Made by a program: the position numbers and the translations under genes
The notes under the pieces: generated by a model
What the model was told of the DNA's origin: nothing
Database searches by the model: none
What the model saw: only the letters and a program-made list of their open reading frames with translations
Assembly: GCA_036001425.1 (NCBI GenBank)
Contig: DASYUI010000002.1
Location: 2,257-66,256 of the forward strand
Source of the DNA: Actinomycetota bacterium
GTDB lineage: Bacteria; Actinomycetota; UBA4738; CALAEC01
Direction of reading: 5' to 3'
DNA: 64,000 nt
Shown: piece by piece, positions 27,788 through 36,948 of the stretch
Layout: every line of letters starts with the position of its first letter
How positions within the stretch are numbered: position 1 is the stretch's first letter

Positions 27788-28360
27788 ATGGGCGCCGCTG
27801 ACCTGAGCGACCTCCGGGATCGAGAGCTCCTGCGGCGGATCAGCCGTGGGGACGAGGAGGCCTTCCGCAGCTTGTTCGGCCGGTACGCCCCCACGGCGCG
27901 AGCGCTCGCCCTAAGGATCCTCCGGCAGCGGTTCCTCGCCGACGAGACGGTGCAGGAGGCATTCCTTTCCGTGTGGCGAAACCCGGACCGGTACGACGCC
28001 AGCCGTGGGTCGGTCAGGGCGTGGCTCATGTCAGCGGTGCACCACCGGGCCGTCGACCTGGTCCGCCGAGAGGAGGCCCACCGCCGCCGCTCCGACAGCG
28101 CGGTGGCGGACCTCCCAGCGGAGGACCCGGCGGAGCAGGCCGTCGAAGCGGTCGGCGTTCCGGAGGAGCGGGCTGCCGTCCGGGCTGCGCTTGCGGAACT
28201 TCCGGCCGAGCAGCGGGAGGTCATCGAGCTCATGTACTTCGAGGGACTCTCGCAATCGAAGGTGGCGGAGCGGACCGGGATCCCGTTGGGGACGGTCAAG
28301 TCCCGCGCCGTCCTGGCCATGCGGCGGATGCGCGCGTCACTGGGAGCGTTGGAGCGATGA
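27788..28360 (+). CDS. sigK: ECF sigma factor, SigK-like
   Basis: Region 2 (FGRYAPTARALALRILRQRFLADETVQEAFLSVWRNPDRYD) and region 4 (LPAEQREVIELMYFEGLSQSKVAERTGIPLGTVKSRAVLAMRRMR) are present. It is coupled to an RskA-like gene by an ATGA overlap. Confidence 0.8.
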   Translation: MGAADLSDLRDRELLRRISRGDEEAFRSLFGRYAPTARALALRILRQRFLADETVQEAFLSVWRNPDRYDASRGSVRAWLMSAVHHRAVDLVRREEAHRRRSDSAVADLPAEDPAEQAVEAVGVPEERAAVRAALAELPAEQREVIELMYFEGLSQSKVAERTGIPLGTVKSRAVLAMRRMRASLGALER

Positions 28361-29046
28361 CGGATCACGACCAGATCGAGGAGCTGCTGGCCCTGGAGGC
28401 ACTGAGCGCCCTCGAGAGCGAGGACGCGGAGACCCTGGCGCGGGCCCTCGAAGACCACGGCCCGGACTGCCCGGAGTGCGCTGGGCTCCGGCGGGAGCTC
28501 GGGGACGTCGCGGGACGGCTGGCGTTTGCGCTCGATCCGGTCGCCGTGAGGGATGAGATCCGGGAGGACATCCTCAGAGCAGGACCCGAGAGGCAGCTTC
28601 GCCGGGCCCTCATTCTGCGACCGAGGCTCGTGGCTGCCGCAGCGGCCGTCCTGGTGGCCGTGGGCGCGTTGGGGGGGTTCCTACTGGCCCCCCGTCAGCA
28701 GCCGGACGTGGCGGCGCTCGCCGAGTTCCTGTCCCGACAGGACGTCCGGGTGGTCCGGTTCGAAGGAGCTGCCGGCCACGTCGCCGCGGCCGTGGCTCCG
28801 CGGGAGGGCTTCCTGTTCGCATCCGACCTGCCCCCCATCCCGGCCGGTCGCGTGTACGAGCTCTGGATGATCCGGGGAGAGACCCCCGTGCGAGGGCTGT
28901 GCGTCGAACCGCGCGACGGGACGGTCGTGGCGCGCTTCGAGGGCGCCGTCGGCGCAAGCGACGTCCTGGCGGTGACGGTCGAGTCGGAATCCTGCCCCAC
29001 CAGCCCCACCACCGAGCCGATCTTCGTCGCCACGCTCCAGGTCTAG
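28357..29046 (+). CDS. rskA: Anti-sigma-K factor RskA-like
   Basis: N-terminal anti-sigma region with the Cys pair CPECAGL, one TM helix (LVAAAAAVLVAVGALGGFLL), and a C-terminal RskA domain with RVYELWMIRGETPVRG. Confidence 0.75.
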   Translation: MTDHDQIEELLALEALSALESEDAETLARALEDHGPDCPECAGLRRELGDVAGRLAFALDPVAVRDEIREDILRAGPERQLRRALILRPRLVAAAAAVLVAVGALGGFLLAPRQQPDVAALAEFLSRQDVRVVRFEGAAGHVAAAVAPREGFLFASDLPPIPAGRVYELWMIRGETPVRGLCVEPRDGTVVARFEGAVGASDVLAVTVESESCPTSPTTEPIFVATLQV

Positions 29047-29248
29047 GCAGCCCCGGCTCCGGATCGAACATCCGAAGAATCCCCACCACCGCCCGCACTC
29101 GGCAGTGCGAAGTGATCCAACCGAGGAGATCTCGCGAATACGCGTTGGTCGTCGCGGAAGGGGGGGTGGTGGAGGCCCCCGCGGAGCGTCCGCGCGGGAC
29201 CCACGGCGGCCCCACGACATGCCCGCACCGAACGATAGGAGGTGCTCC

Positions 29249-30748
29249 TTGACCCTGAAGCGTTTTCGCTCAGCCGCGGTCGCCGCGGTATCGGCGATCC
29301 TCGGCGTGGCCGCCTATACGGGGCTCGCCCCGGTTCCCGGAGGCACGGCGAGCCACCGGGAGGCGCCACTCATCTCACTCGACCCGGCGGCGGACATCAC
29401 CGACTTCTTCATGTTCCGCAGCTACGAACCCGGGAAGGACGACAAGGTCGTCATGATCATGAACGTCTTCCCGGGCGGCGAGCCGAGCTCCGGGCCCAAC
29501 TACCTCACCTTCGACCAGAACGTGCTCTACGCGTTCTACGTCGACAACGACATGGACGGAAAGGCCAACGATGTTCGGTTCGAGTTCCGGTTCAAGAGCG
29601 AGGTGCGGGGGCTCGTCGACCAGTTCGACCTCTTCGTCTCCTACCTTGGCTGTGGTCCTCGCGACCTTCCCTGTGCCACCCCGCTTCCTCCCATCACCGC
29701 CTTGGATGGGCCGGGTTCGGAGGGCCTGGGCCTGCGCCAGAAGTACACCGTGGCCATGGTTCGCAACGGCCACCGGGAGCAGCTGGGCGAGGGCCTGATC
29801 GCCGTCCCGTCCAACGTCGGGCCCAGCACCACGCCCACCTATGACTCGCTGGCCGATCAGGGCGTCTACACGCTGGACAGCGGCATCCGAACCTTCGCCG
29901 GTCAGCGCAGCGACCCCTTCTACATCGACCTCGGGGCGGTCTTCGACACCCTGAACCTTCGGAGGCTTCCGCCTCTCCTGACTCCCGCGGAAGATGCCAA
30001 CGACGACGTCAATCCGTTCGGCATCGACTCGATCGGCACGTTCAACGTGCAGACGATCGCTCTGGAGGTCCCCGCGAGCCTGCTCACCGTGGACGGTATG
30101 GGGCCGGACGAGACCGAGAGCTCGAAGCTCGGGAGCTACGCGGCCACCAGCCGGCCGAAGGTCACGGTGTTGCGTGTTCCGAAGTCCGAGGACGACGACC
30201 GAGGTGACGTTGAATCCGGGAAATGGGTCCAGGTTCAGCGCCTGGCCAACCCCCTGATCAACGAGACGATCATCGGCACCGAGGACAAGGACTTCTGGAA
30301 CGCGCTCAGACCGCAGAAAGAGGAAGCGTTCCTCGACTACTACCTCAACCCGCGCCTGGCGCTGGCTCTCCAGTTGATCTTCGGTGTTCCCGCGGAGACG
30401 ACTGGCCGCCAGGATCTCGTCGACCTGCTCTTGAAGTACCAGGCGGCCGACGAACAGCTCTCCGAGCTGCTGCGCCTGGACATCAGCGTGGCGCCCACGG
30501 CCCTCGCGGCCCAGCGCCGGATGACCGTCCTGGCGACGCCGGCGGACCCGGCCGGCTGGCCCAACGGGCGTCGCCCTCGGGATGACGTCCTCGACATCGC
30601 CGTGCGCGTCGTCGGCGGGCCGAATTACGTCGCCGCTCGGGCAGGGGATGGCGTCAACAGGAACTTCCGGCCGTTGTCCGGCGAGTTCCCGTTCCTGGCG
30701 ACGCCGCAGAACGGGCGGGATCGGGTCCACGAGAACCCGGCTCCGTAA
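29249..30748 (+). CDS. Secreted DUF4331-family protein
   Basis: Signal peptide followed by ASHREAPLISLDPAADITDFFMFRSYEPG, the DUF4331 N-terminal signature as recalled. The TTG start at 29249 lies 6 nt after AGGAGG; an ATG at 29219 is an alternative. Confidence 0.7.
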   Translation: MTLKRFRSAAVAAVSAILGVAAYTGLAPVPGGTASHREAPLISLDPAADITDFFMFRSYEPGKDDKVVMIMNVFPGGEPSSGPNYLTFDQNVLYAFYVDNDMDGKANDVRFEFRFKSEVRGLVDQFDLFVSYLGCGPRDLPCATPLPPITALDGPGSEGLGLRQKYTVAMVRNGHREQLGEGLIAVPSNVGPSTTPTYDSLADQGVYTLDSGIRTFAGQRSDPFYIDLGAVFDTLNLRRLPPLLTPAEDANDDVNPFGIDSIGTFNVQTIALEVPASLLTVDGMGPDETESSKLGSYAATSRPKVTVLRVPKSEDDDRGDVESGKWVQVQRLANPLINETIIGTEDKDFWNALRPQKEEAFLDYYLNPRLALALQLIFGVPAETTGRQDLVDLLLKYQAADEQLSELLRLDISVAPTALAAQRRMTVLATPADPAGWPNGRRPRDDVLDIAVRVVGGPNYVAARAGDGVNRNFRPLSGEFPFLATPQNGRDRVHENPAP

Positions 30749-30809
30749 CCGGTCGCGGAGGGGCTCGGTTCCCCGGCCGAGCCCCTCCGCCTCCACCGGA
30801 GGGACGGGA

Positions 30810-32123
30810 ATGGGAGCAGCGCTCAAGATCGGCGGAGCAGGGATGGTCGCCGCGGCCGTGTTCGTCGTCGGCGCGGTGCGTCCAGTGACGCCGATCCGTC
30901 GGGACGCGGTGCCCTCCCTGACGTCGGGCCTGTCCGCCCGTGCCGGCGCGGGGTCCACCGCGGCGAGGATCGCGTCCCTTCAGGATGGCCTTCGGGCGCA
31001 GCCCTCGGACTGGCGCGCCGCGGCCGCGCTGGGGCTCGCATACGTTAACCAGGCCCGGATCACGGCGGATCCGCGGTCGTACCCTCGGGCCGAGGAGGTA
31101 CTCCGTCTTTCCCTCAGCCTTCGGCGGGAGAACGTCGAAGCGCTGGCGGGCATGGGTTTCCTGGCCCTGGCTCGCCACGACTTCAGGGCGGCCCTGGCGT
31201 GGGGCCGGCGGGTCGTCTCAACGAATCCCCACGGCGTGGCCGGGTACGGGGTCCTGGGCGACGCCCTCGTGGAGCTGGGGCGGTACCGGGAGGGGTTCCG
31301 GGCGTTCCAGCGCATGGCGGACATCCACCCCGGCCTCCTGGCGTACGCCCGAGCCTCCTACGCCAGGGAGCTCCAGGGAGACGTTCCCGGTGCCATCGGC
31401 CTGATGCGCATGGCGGAGGAGGCCGCCGGCTCACCGGAGGACGCCGCCTGGGCGGACTTCGAGCTGGGCGAGTTGTTCTGGTCGATCGGGCGCCTCCAGG
31501 AGGCGGAAGCGTCCTACCGGCGAGCAATCGGTCGCGCGCCTTTGTTCGTCGCGCCTCTGGCCGGGCTCGCTCGGGTCAGCTGGGCCCGCGGACGGCTGAA
31601 CGAAGCGATCCGCCGATACCGGCGCGTGGTGGCCCGGTTCCCGGCACCGGAACACGTCGCAGCCCTCGGCGACCTCTACGCGCTGACCGGGCGGCATGCG
31701 CTCGCGGAGGATCAGTTTGCGCTGGTCAGCGCGGAGCAGGCTCTGTTCCAGGCCAACGGCGTCAACGTGGACCTGGAGCTGGCTCTGTTCGACGCGGACC
31801 ACGGTCGCCCGCGCGAGGCGCTGCGATCGGCTCGGGGGGCGTGGGCCGATCGCAAGAGCATCCACGCGGCCGACGCTCTGGCGTGGGCCCTGTACCGAAA
31901 CGGCAGGAGCCGCGAGGCCGCCCTCTTCGCGAGGAGAGCCCTCGCCCTGGGGACCCGGAACGCGCTGTTCCACTTCCACGCGGCGATGATCGAGGTGCGC
32001 CTGGGACACGAGGACCGCGCCCGGGCTCTCCTCTCGGAGGCACTGCGAACGAACCCCAACTTCTCGATCATCCACTCGCCTGAAGCCCGACGCGCGATCG
32101 CGGGGCTGGAGGCGCCGGCATGA
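30810..32123 (+). CDS. Membrane-anchored tetratricopeptide-repeat protein
   Basis: N-terminal hydrophobic anchor (AGMVAAAVFVVGAV) followed by repeated TPR-like helices (ALGLAYVNQA, GYGVLGDALVELGRYREGFRAFQRMADI, LGDLYALTGRHALAE). Confidence 0.7.
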   Translation: MGAALKIGGAGMVAAAVFVVGAVRPVTPIRRDAVPSLTSGLSARAGAGSTAARIASLQDGLRAQPSDWRAAAALGLAYVNQARITADPRSYPRAEEVLRLSLSLRRENVEALAGMGFLALARHDFRAALAWGRRVVSTNPHGVAGYGVLGDALVELGRYREGFRAFQRMADIHPGLLAYARASYARELQGDVPGAIGLMRMAEEAAGSPEDAAWADFELGELFWSIGRLQEAEASYRRAIGRAPLFVAPLAGLARVSWARGRLNEAIRRYRRVVARFPAPEHVAALGDLYALTGRHALAEDQFALVSAEQALFQANGVNVDLELALFDADHGRPREALRSARGAWADRKSIHAADALAWALYRNGRSREAALFARRALALGTRNALFHFHAAMIEVRLGHEDRARALLSEALRTNPNFSIIHSPEARRAIAGLEAPA

Positions 32124-33496
32124 TCGCTCTCCGCCGCTTGCTCGCCCTCGGCGCTGCCGTTTCAGCTCTCATCCTCTCGCCGGCGGCCGCGCACGCGCAT
32201 CCGCTTGGGAACTTCACGGTCAACGTGTACGACGGCCTCGTCCTGTCACCGGGCCGGATCCGTGTGCTCCACGTGGTGGACATGGCCGAGATCCCGACCT
32301 TCCAAGAGCTCCGACGGCTCCCGGGGAACGGCGAACCGAGCGACGCGGAGCTCGCCGCGTGGGCCGCGGGAGCGGCTCGCCGGGCGATCCAGCAGCTCTC
32401 CCTCACGGTAGCGAGTCGCCCCGTCGCCCTTCGTCTCGAGGACGCGGCGGCCGAGCTGCGACCAGGGCAGGGCGGCCTGCCCACGCTCCGGCTCGAGACC
32501 ACGTTCGTGGGCGATCTCCCCGCCGCGGGCACCGTGGCGTTCCGCGATGGAACGTATTCCGGCCGGATCGGATGGCGTGAGATGACAGCCATCGGCACGG
32601 GTGGCACTGCGCTGCGCCGTGCATCCGTCCCCTCGGTGAGCGCGAGCAACGCCCTCCGCGCCTACCCGAATGATCTCCGCTCGAGCCCGCCGCACGTGGT
32701 CCGGGCAGCTGTGTCGTTCGGACCGGTCGGGGCCGGGTACTCGGAGATGGGAGCCGACCCCGTCACGACGGCGACCGCAGAACGGACCGGTGTGTCGGGC
32801 GGTGGCTTTGCCGATCTGGCGACCCGCCCGCTGACCCCCGCGGCGGTGACGATGGGCCTCGTCCTCGCCCTGGGGTTCGGCGCGCTCCATGCCATGGGGC
32901 CGGGGCATGGCAAGACGATCATGGCCGCGTACCTCGTCGGTTCGGGTGGGGCGATCCGACAGGTCGTGGGTGTGGCCGCGGCGGTAGCGGGGATGCACAC
33001 CGCGTCCGTCCTGGCGCTCGGGGCGGTCATCCTCTCGGCGGAGCGGGCGTTCCCGGCGGAGCGGATCTACCCATGGCTCGGTCTCGTCTCCGGAGGGCTG
33101 GCGATGGCACTCGGCGCCACGCTGCTGGCGACCCGCCTCCGGGGACGGACGGCCCATCACGACCACGATCACTCGGGTGGGGTGAGCCGGCCGCTCTCCC
33201 GTCGAGGGCTGGCCGTCCTGGCGGCCTCTGGAGGGCTTCTCCCCTCACCCACGGCGATCATCGTCCTGCTCGCCTCGATCGCCCTCGGCCGGGCAGGATT
33301 CGGCATGGCCCTGGTGGGCGCGTTCAGCCTCGGCCTCGCGGCATCGCTGGCGCTGGTCGGGGTGCTCGCGGTGCGGGCCCGAATGCACCTGGCGCCCCGC
33401 CTCGGGCGATTGACCCGGCTGCTCCCGCTGGGAAGCGCGTCTGCGATCGCCGCCTTCGGTGCGTTGTTGATGGTCCGTGCCGCCGCGCAGCTCTGA
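32120..33496 (+). CDS. Nickel/cobalt-type (NicO/RcnA-like) metal transporter with N-terminal periplasmic domain
   Basis: Signal peptide ending AAAHAHPLGNFTVN, followed by a membrane domain with HAMGPGHGKTIMAAYLVG and a His-rich loop (RTAHHDHDHSGG). ATGA overlap with the TPR gene. Confidence 0.65.
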   Translation: MIALRRLLALGAAVSALILSPAAAHAHPLGNFTVNVYDGLVLSPGRIRVLHVVDMAEIPTFQELRRLPGNGEPSDAELAAWAAGAARRAIQQLSLTVASRPVALRLEDAAAELRPGQGGLPTLRLETTFVGDLPAAGTVAFRDGTYSGRIGWREMTAIGTGGTALRRASVPSVSASNALRAYPNDLRSSPPHVVRAAVSFGPVGAGYSEMGADPVTTATAERTGVSGGGFADLATRPLTPAAVTMGLVLALGFGALHAMGPGHGKTIMAAYLVGSGGAIRQVVGVAAAVAGMHTASVLALGAVILSAERAFPAERIYPWLGLVSGGLAMALGATLLATRLRGRTAHHDHDHSGGVSRPLSRRGLAVLAASGGLLPSPTAIIVLLASIALGRAGFGMALVGAFSLGLAASLALVGVLAVRARMHLAPRLGRLTRLLPLGSASAIAAFGALLMVRAAAQL

Positions 33497-33648
33497 CCCC
33501 CTTCTATCCGGGGGGACCGCTCGCTGTCCCGCTCTGGGCTTCGGCATCTCCGGGTGAGCTACTCCCCCCGGACCCCCCTTCTCCCCGGGGGGACCGCTCG
33601 CCGTCCCGCTCTGGGCTTCGGCATCTCGGGGCGTTCTACCCCCCCGGC
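33497..33648 (+). repeat. Tandem duplication of a 76-nt G-run/C-run structured unit
   Basis: Unit 1 (33497-33572) and unit 2 (33573-33648) share ggggggaccgctcgc(t/c)gtcccgctctgggcttcggcatctc. In each unit, CCGGGGGG pairs with a downstream CCCCCCGG about 50 nt away. Confidence 0.8.
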
Positions 33649-33650
33649 GT

Positions 33651-33679
33651 TGACACCGTTCGAGCGACTGGCCTAGGTT
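33651..33679 (+). promoter_or_regulatory. Candidate sigma-A-type promoter for lutABC
   Basis: TTGACA (33651-33656), a 17-nt spacer, then TAGGTT (33674-33679, which fits TANNNT). It lies about 90 nt upstream of the lutA start. Confidence 0.5.
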
Positions 33680-33770
33680 CGGCGCGGACGCCTTCCCGGA
33701 GGTCCCGCTGACCGACGCCAGCACGCCACGAACCGCAGGGGCGAGGCGGCCCGAGCGGGCGAGCCTGTTC

Positions 33771-34505
33771 GTGACCTGTCTCGTCGACTTGCTCCACCCA
33801 GAGGTCGGGCTGGCCACCGTGGCTCTCCTCGAACGCTACGGCGTCGCCGTGGACTTCCCCGACGGCCAGACCTGCTGCGGGCAACCGGCGTTCAACTCCG
33901 GGTTTGAGGCGGAGGCGAGGTCGGTGGGCCGTGGCCTGCTGGACGCGTTCCCCGGCCCCGACCCGGTGGTCGCTCCATCGGGATCGTGCACGGCCATGGT
34001 TCGCACCTACTTCCCTCACCTGTTCCGGGGAACGCCGGACGAAGAGCGCGCTCGGGACCTGGCCGGTCGGACCTTCGAGCTGTCCGAGTTCCTGGTGGAT
34101 GTCCTCGGCGTCAGCCGCGCCGAGGGCCGGTGGCCCGGACGGGTTACCTTCCACGACTCCTGCCATGGCCTGCGGGAGCTCGGCCTGTCGGGCCAGGGTC
34201 GCCAGCTCCTCGGTGGGGTGGAGGACCTCGAGCTCGTGGAGATGGACCGACCCGAGGCGTGCTGCGGCTTCGGCGGGACCTTCTCGGTTCGCCTGCCCGA
34301 CCTGGCCACGGCCATGGCCGACGACAAGGTCGTCCAGGCCGAGGCCACCAAGGCCGACGCGCTCGTCGCTGGAGACACCGGCTGCCTCATGCACCTGGCC
34401 GGACGGCTCTCTCGAAGGAGAAGCCCGGTCCAAGCCGTGCACCTGGCCACCGTCCTGGCCGAAGCGCAGGGACTGCTCACGAGACCGAAACAGAGGCGTC
34501 GGTGA
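33771..34505 (+). CDS. lutA: Lactate utilization protein A (CCG-domain Fe-S oxidoreductase)
   Basis: VTCLVDLLHPEVGLATVALLERYGVAVDFPDGQTCCGQPAFNSG and a second CCG motif (EACCGFGG) are present. The GTG start at 33771 may clip a few N-terminal residues. Confidence 0.85.
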   Translation: MTCLVDLLHPEVGLATVALLERYGVAVDFPDGQTCCGQPAFNSGFEAEARSVGRGLLDAFPGPDPVVAPSGSCTAMVRTYFPHLFRGTPDEERARDLAGRTFELSEFLVDVLGVSRAEGRWPGRVTFHDSCHGLRELGLSGQGRQLLGGVEDLELVEMDRPEACCGFGGTFSVRLPDLATAMADDKVVQAEATKADALVAGDTGCLMHLAGRLSRRRSPVQAVHLATVLAEAQGLLTRPKQRRR

Positions 34506-35926
34506 CCGACGCCATCCTCGATGCTCACGGACGTGGGCGGTTCGAGGATCGGGCGGCCGTTGAGCTGGCAAAGCCCAGGCTTGCTCGAGCGATCGGTCGC
34601 GCCGTCGATACGGTGCAGGAGCGGCGCGACGCGGCGTTCGCCGGGTACGACCTGGAGGCGATGCGTAGGGCCGGCGAGGGCATCCGGGCGCACACCGTGG
34701 CCCGGCTCGACGAGTATCTCGACCGCTTCGCCGACCATGCCGAAGCCCGCGGTACGAACGTCTTCTTCGCCGAGACCGCCGCCGAGGCCGCCGGGTACGT
34801 GCGAGAGGTGTTGGAGCACCGAGGCGTTCGGGTCGTCGTGAAGGGGAAGTCCATGATCTCCGAGGAGATCGGGCTCAACCACACGCTCGAGGCCGCAGGG
34901 ATGGAGGTCGTGGAGACGGACCTCGGCGAGTACATCGTTCAGCTGGCGGGCGAGGCTCCCTCGCACATCATCATGCCGGCCATGCACAAGGCCCGGGCGG
35001 AGGTCGCCGAGACGCTCCGTCCCGTCGCCGGCGAGGTCCTCCCGGACGACCCTCCAGTGCTCACCGCGTTCGCCCGGCGGGTCCTCCGCGAGCGGTTCCT
35101 GGCCGCCGGCGCCGGCATCACCGGAGCGAATTTCGGCGTGGCCGACAGCGGGACCGTCGTACTGGTGACCAACGAAGGCAATGGGCGGATGTGCAGCACG
35201 CTGCCGCCGGTGCATGTCGCGTTGATGGGCATGGAGCGCGTGGTCCCTTCCATGCGAGAGCTGTCGGTGCTCCTCCCGCTGCTCACCGGGAGCGGCACCG
35301 GCCAGCGCGTCTCCACCTACGTTTCGTTCCTGGGTGGACCGCGACGGGCCGGCGAGCTCGACGGTCCCGAGGAGGTGCACGTGGTCGTGGTGGACAACGG
35401 GCGGGCGGCCATCCTGCCCACCGAGTTCCGTTCCGCTCTCCACTGCATCCGCTGTGGTGCGTGCCAGAACGTGTGCCCGGTGTTCCGTCAGGTCGGAGGC
35501 CACGCCTACGGGGGTACCTACGGCGGGCCCATCGGCGCGGTGCTCACGCCGCTGCTCGCGGGGTTCGAACGGGCCGGCGACCTCCCGCATGCTTCTTCCC
35601 TGTGCGCGGCGTGCACAGACGTCTGCCCCGTGCGCATCCCGCTCCACGACCATCTGCTGGCGCTGCGGCGGGAGGTGGTCCGGGCGCAGGCACCACGCGG
35701 CGAGCGGCTGGCCTTCGGGCTGTGGGCGGCGGCCTGGAAGACGCCGAGACGTTTCCTGTGGTTCGCTCGGGCGAGTCGGGTCCTCCAGGCCCCCTTGGCG
35801 CTGGGACGCCGGCAGATCCGCACCGCACCCTTCCCGCTGTCGCGGTGGACGCGCGGCCGTGACCTTCCGAGAGTGGCTCGACGCACCTTCCGCGAGCGGT
35901 GGCGAGCCGCGCACCGGGTGCGCTGA
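34502..35926 (+). CDS. lutB: Lactate utilization protein B (4Fe-4S, LUD domain)
   Basis: The GTG at 34502 overlaps the lutA stop codon (GTGA). VKGKSMISEEIGLN and the ferredoxin motifs CIRCGACQNVCP and CAACTDVCP are present. Confidence 0.9.
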   Translation: MTDAILDAHGRGRFEDRAAVELAKPRLARAIGRAVDTVQERRDAAFAGYDLEAMRRAGEGIRAHTVARLDEYLDRFADHAEARGTNVFFAETAAEAAGYVREVLEHRGVRVVVKGKSMISEEIGLNHTLEAAGMEVVETDLGEYIVQLAGEAPSHIIMPAMHKARAEVAETLRPVAGEVLPDDPPVLTAFARRVLRERFLAAGAGITGANFGVADSGTVVLVTNEGNGRMCSTLPPVHVALMGMERVVPSMRELSVLLPLLTGSGTGQRVSTYVSFLGGPRRAGELDGPEEVHVVVVDNGRAAILPTEFRSALHCIRCGACQNVCPVFRQVGGHAYGGTYGGPIGAVLTPLLAGFERAGDLPHASSLCAACTDVCPVRIPLHDHLLALRREVVRAQAPRGERLAFGLWAAAWKTPRRFLWFARASRVLQAPLALGRRQIRTAPFPLSRWTRGRDLPRVARRTFRERWRAAHRVR

Positions 35927-36651
35927 TGGAGCGAGAGACGTTCCTGGCGAGGGTTCGCCGCGGGCTGTCCGGGGTGGAGGCTCCACCCTTGCCGGGGGAA
36001 CTTCCCGTCACGCCGGCCTCTGACGACGGGCGTCCGCTTCCCCAACGATTCTCGGAGGAGCTGCGCGCGGTCGGCGGCGTGGTCGAGCTGGTGTCCCGGG
36101 CCGACCTGGCGGGGGCGGTGGCCGCCGCCGCGGAGAGTGTGGAGGTCGCCACGGCGGTGATCGGACCCGATGTGGAACGCTTTGCCGAGCCGGTTCGGGA
36201 GGGACTGCGCCGGGCCGGCGTCGAGATCCTGCAGCCGGAGGGACCGGAGGCCTGGCGCGAGGCCGGTGTCCGGGCCGACCTGGGGGTGACCGGCGCCCTC
36301 GCCGGGGTGGCCTCCTCCGGGTCGATCCTCGCCTCGGCCGGACCGGCCTCCTCCCGCCTGGCGAGCCTGCTCCCACCGAACCACCTCGTGGTGCTCCCGG
36401 CCGAGCGGCTCGTCCCCGGCTTCGAGGAACTGTTCGCCGAACTTCCGGGTAACGTCGAGGGAGCGTCCTCGAGCGTCCTGATCACGGGGCCATCGCGGAC
36501 CGCGGACATCGAGATGGTGCTGGTGCGGGGGGTCCATGGCCCGCGGCACGTACACGTCCTCCTGGTAGAGGAACCGCGCCGATCATCCACTAGAAGGGGA
36601 CGGCCCGCGAAACGAGCCGGCCCTCCAGGAGCCTCCAGCCTCAGACCGTGA
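35926..36651 (+). CDS. lutC: Lactate utilization protein C (LUD domain)
   Basis: The ATG at 35926 shares one nt with the lutB stop codon. MERETFLARVRRGL...SGSILASAGPASSRLASLLPPNHLVVL...TGPSRTADIE. Confidence 0.8.
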   Translation: MERETFLARVRRGLSGVEAPPLPGELPVTPASDDGRPLPQRFSEELRAVGGVVELVSRADLAGAVAAAAESVEVATAVIGPDVERFAEPVREGLRRAGVEILQPEGPEAWREAGVRADLGVTGALAGVASSGSILASAGPASSRLASLLPPNHLVVLPAERLVPGFEELFAELPGNVEGASSSVLITGPSRTADIEMVLVRGVHGPRHVHVLLVEEPRRSSTRRGRPAKRAGPPGASSLRP

Positions 36652-36730
36652 TCAGGGCCGTCCCGGTCAGCTCCTTGAAGACGAAGTTGAGGAAGAAGAA
36701 CCCGAAGAACAGGAAGTTCAACACCAGCCC

Positions 36731-36923
36731 GCACGATGCCACGCACCTCGTCGGCCGTGTCAGCAAGCACGACGACCCGAGGAATCACTCGGTATTGGAG
36801 AAGACCGTCCGACTCGTAGGTCTCCAGGGCGTGGCGGTTCGTGATGACGCGGTCGGAAGCGTAGATGTGGGTGAGTGTTTCGACGAACCGCTCCATGACG
36901 GTTCCTTCGGCCCAACCTAGCAC
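36731..36923 (-). pseudogene. 5' fragment of an FAD-linked oxidase (GlcD/D-lactate dehydrogenase-like) gene
   Basis: MERFVETLTHIYASDRVITNRHALETYESDGLLQYRVIPRVVVLADTADEVRGIVRAG is the N-terminal roughly 60 aa of FAD-binding PCMH-type oxidases. The similarity then stops, and the remainder of the 459-aa ORF is antisense to lutC. Confidence 0.5.
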
Positions 36924-36948
36924 AGACCGTCAGCTGCAGAGACTCCGG

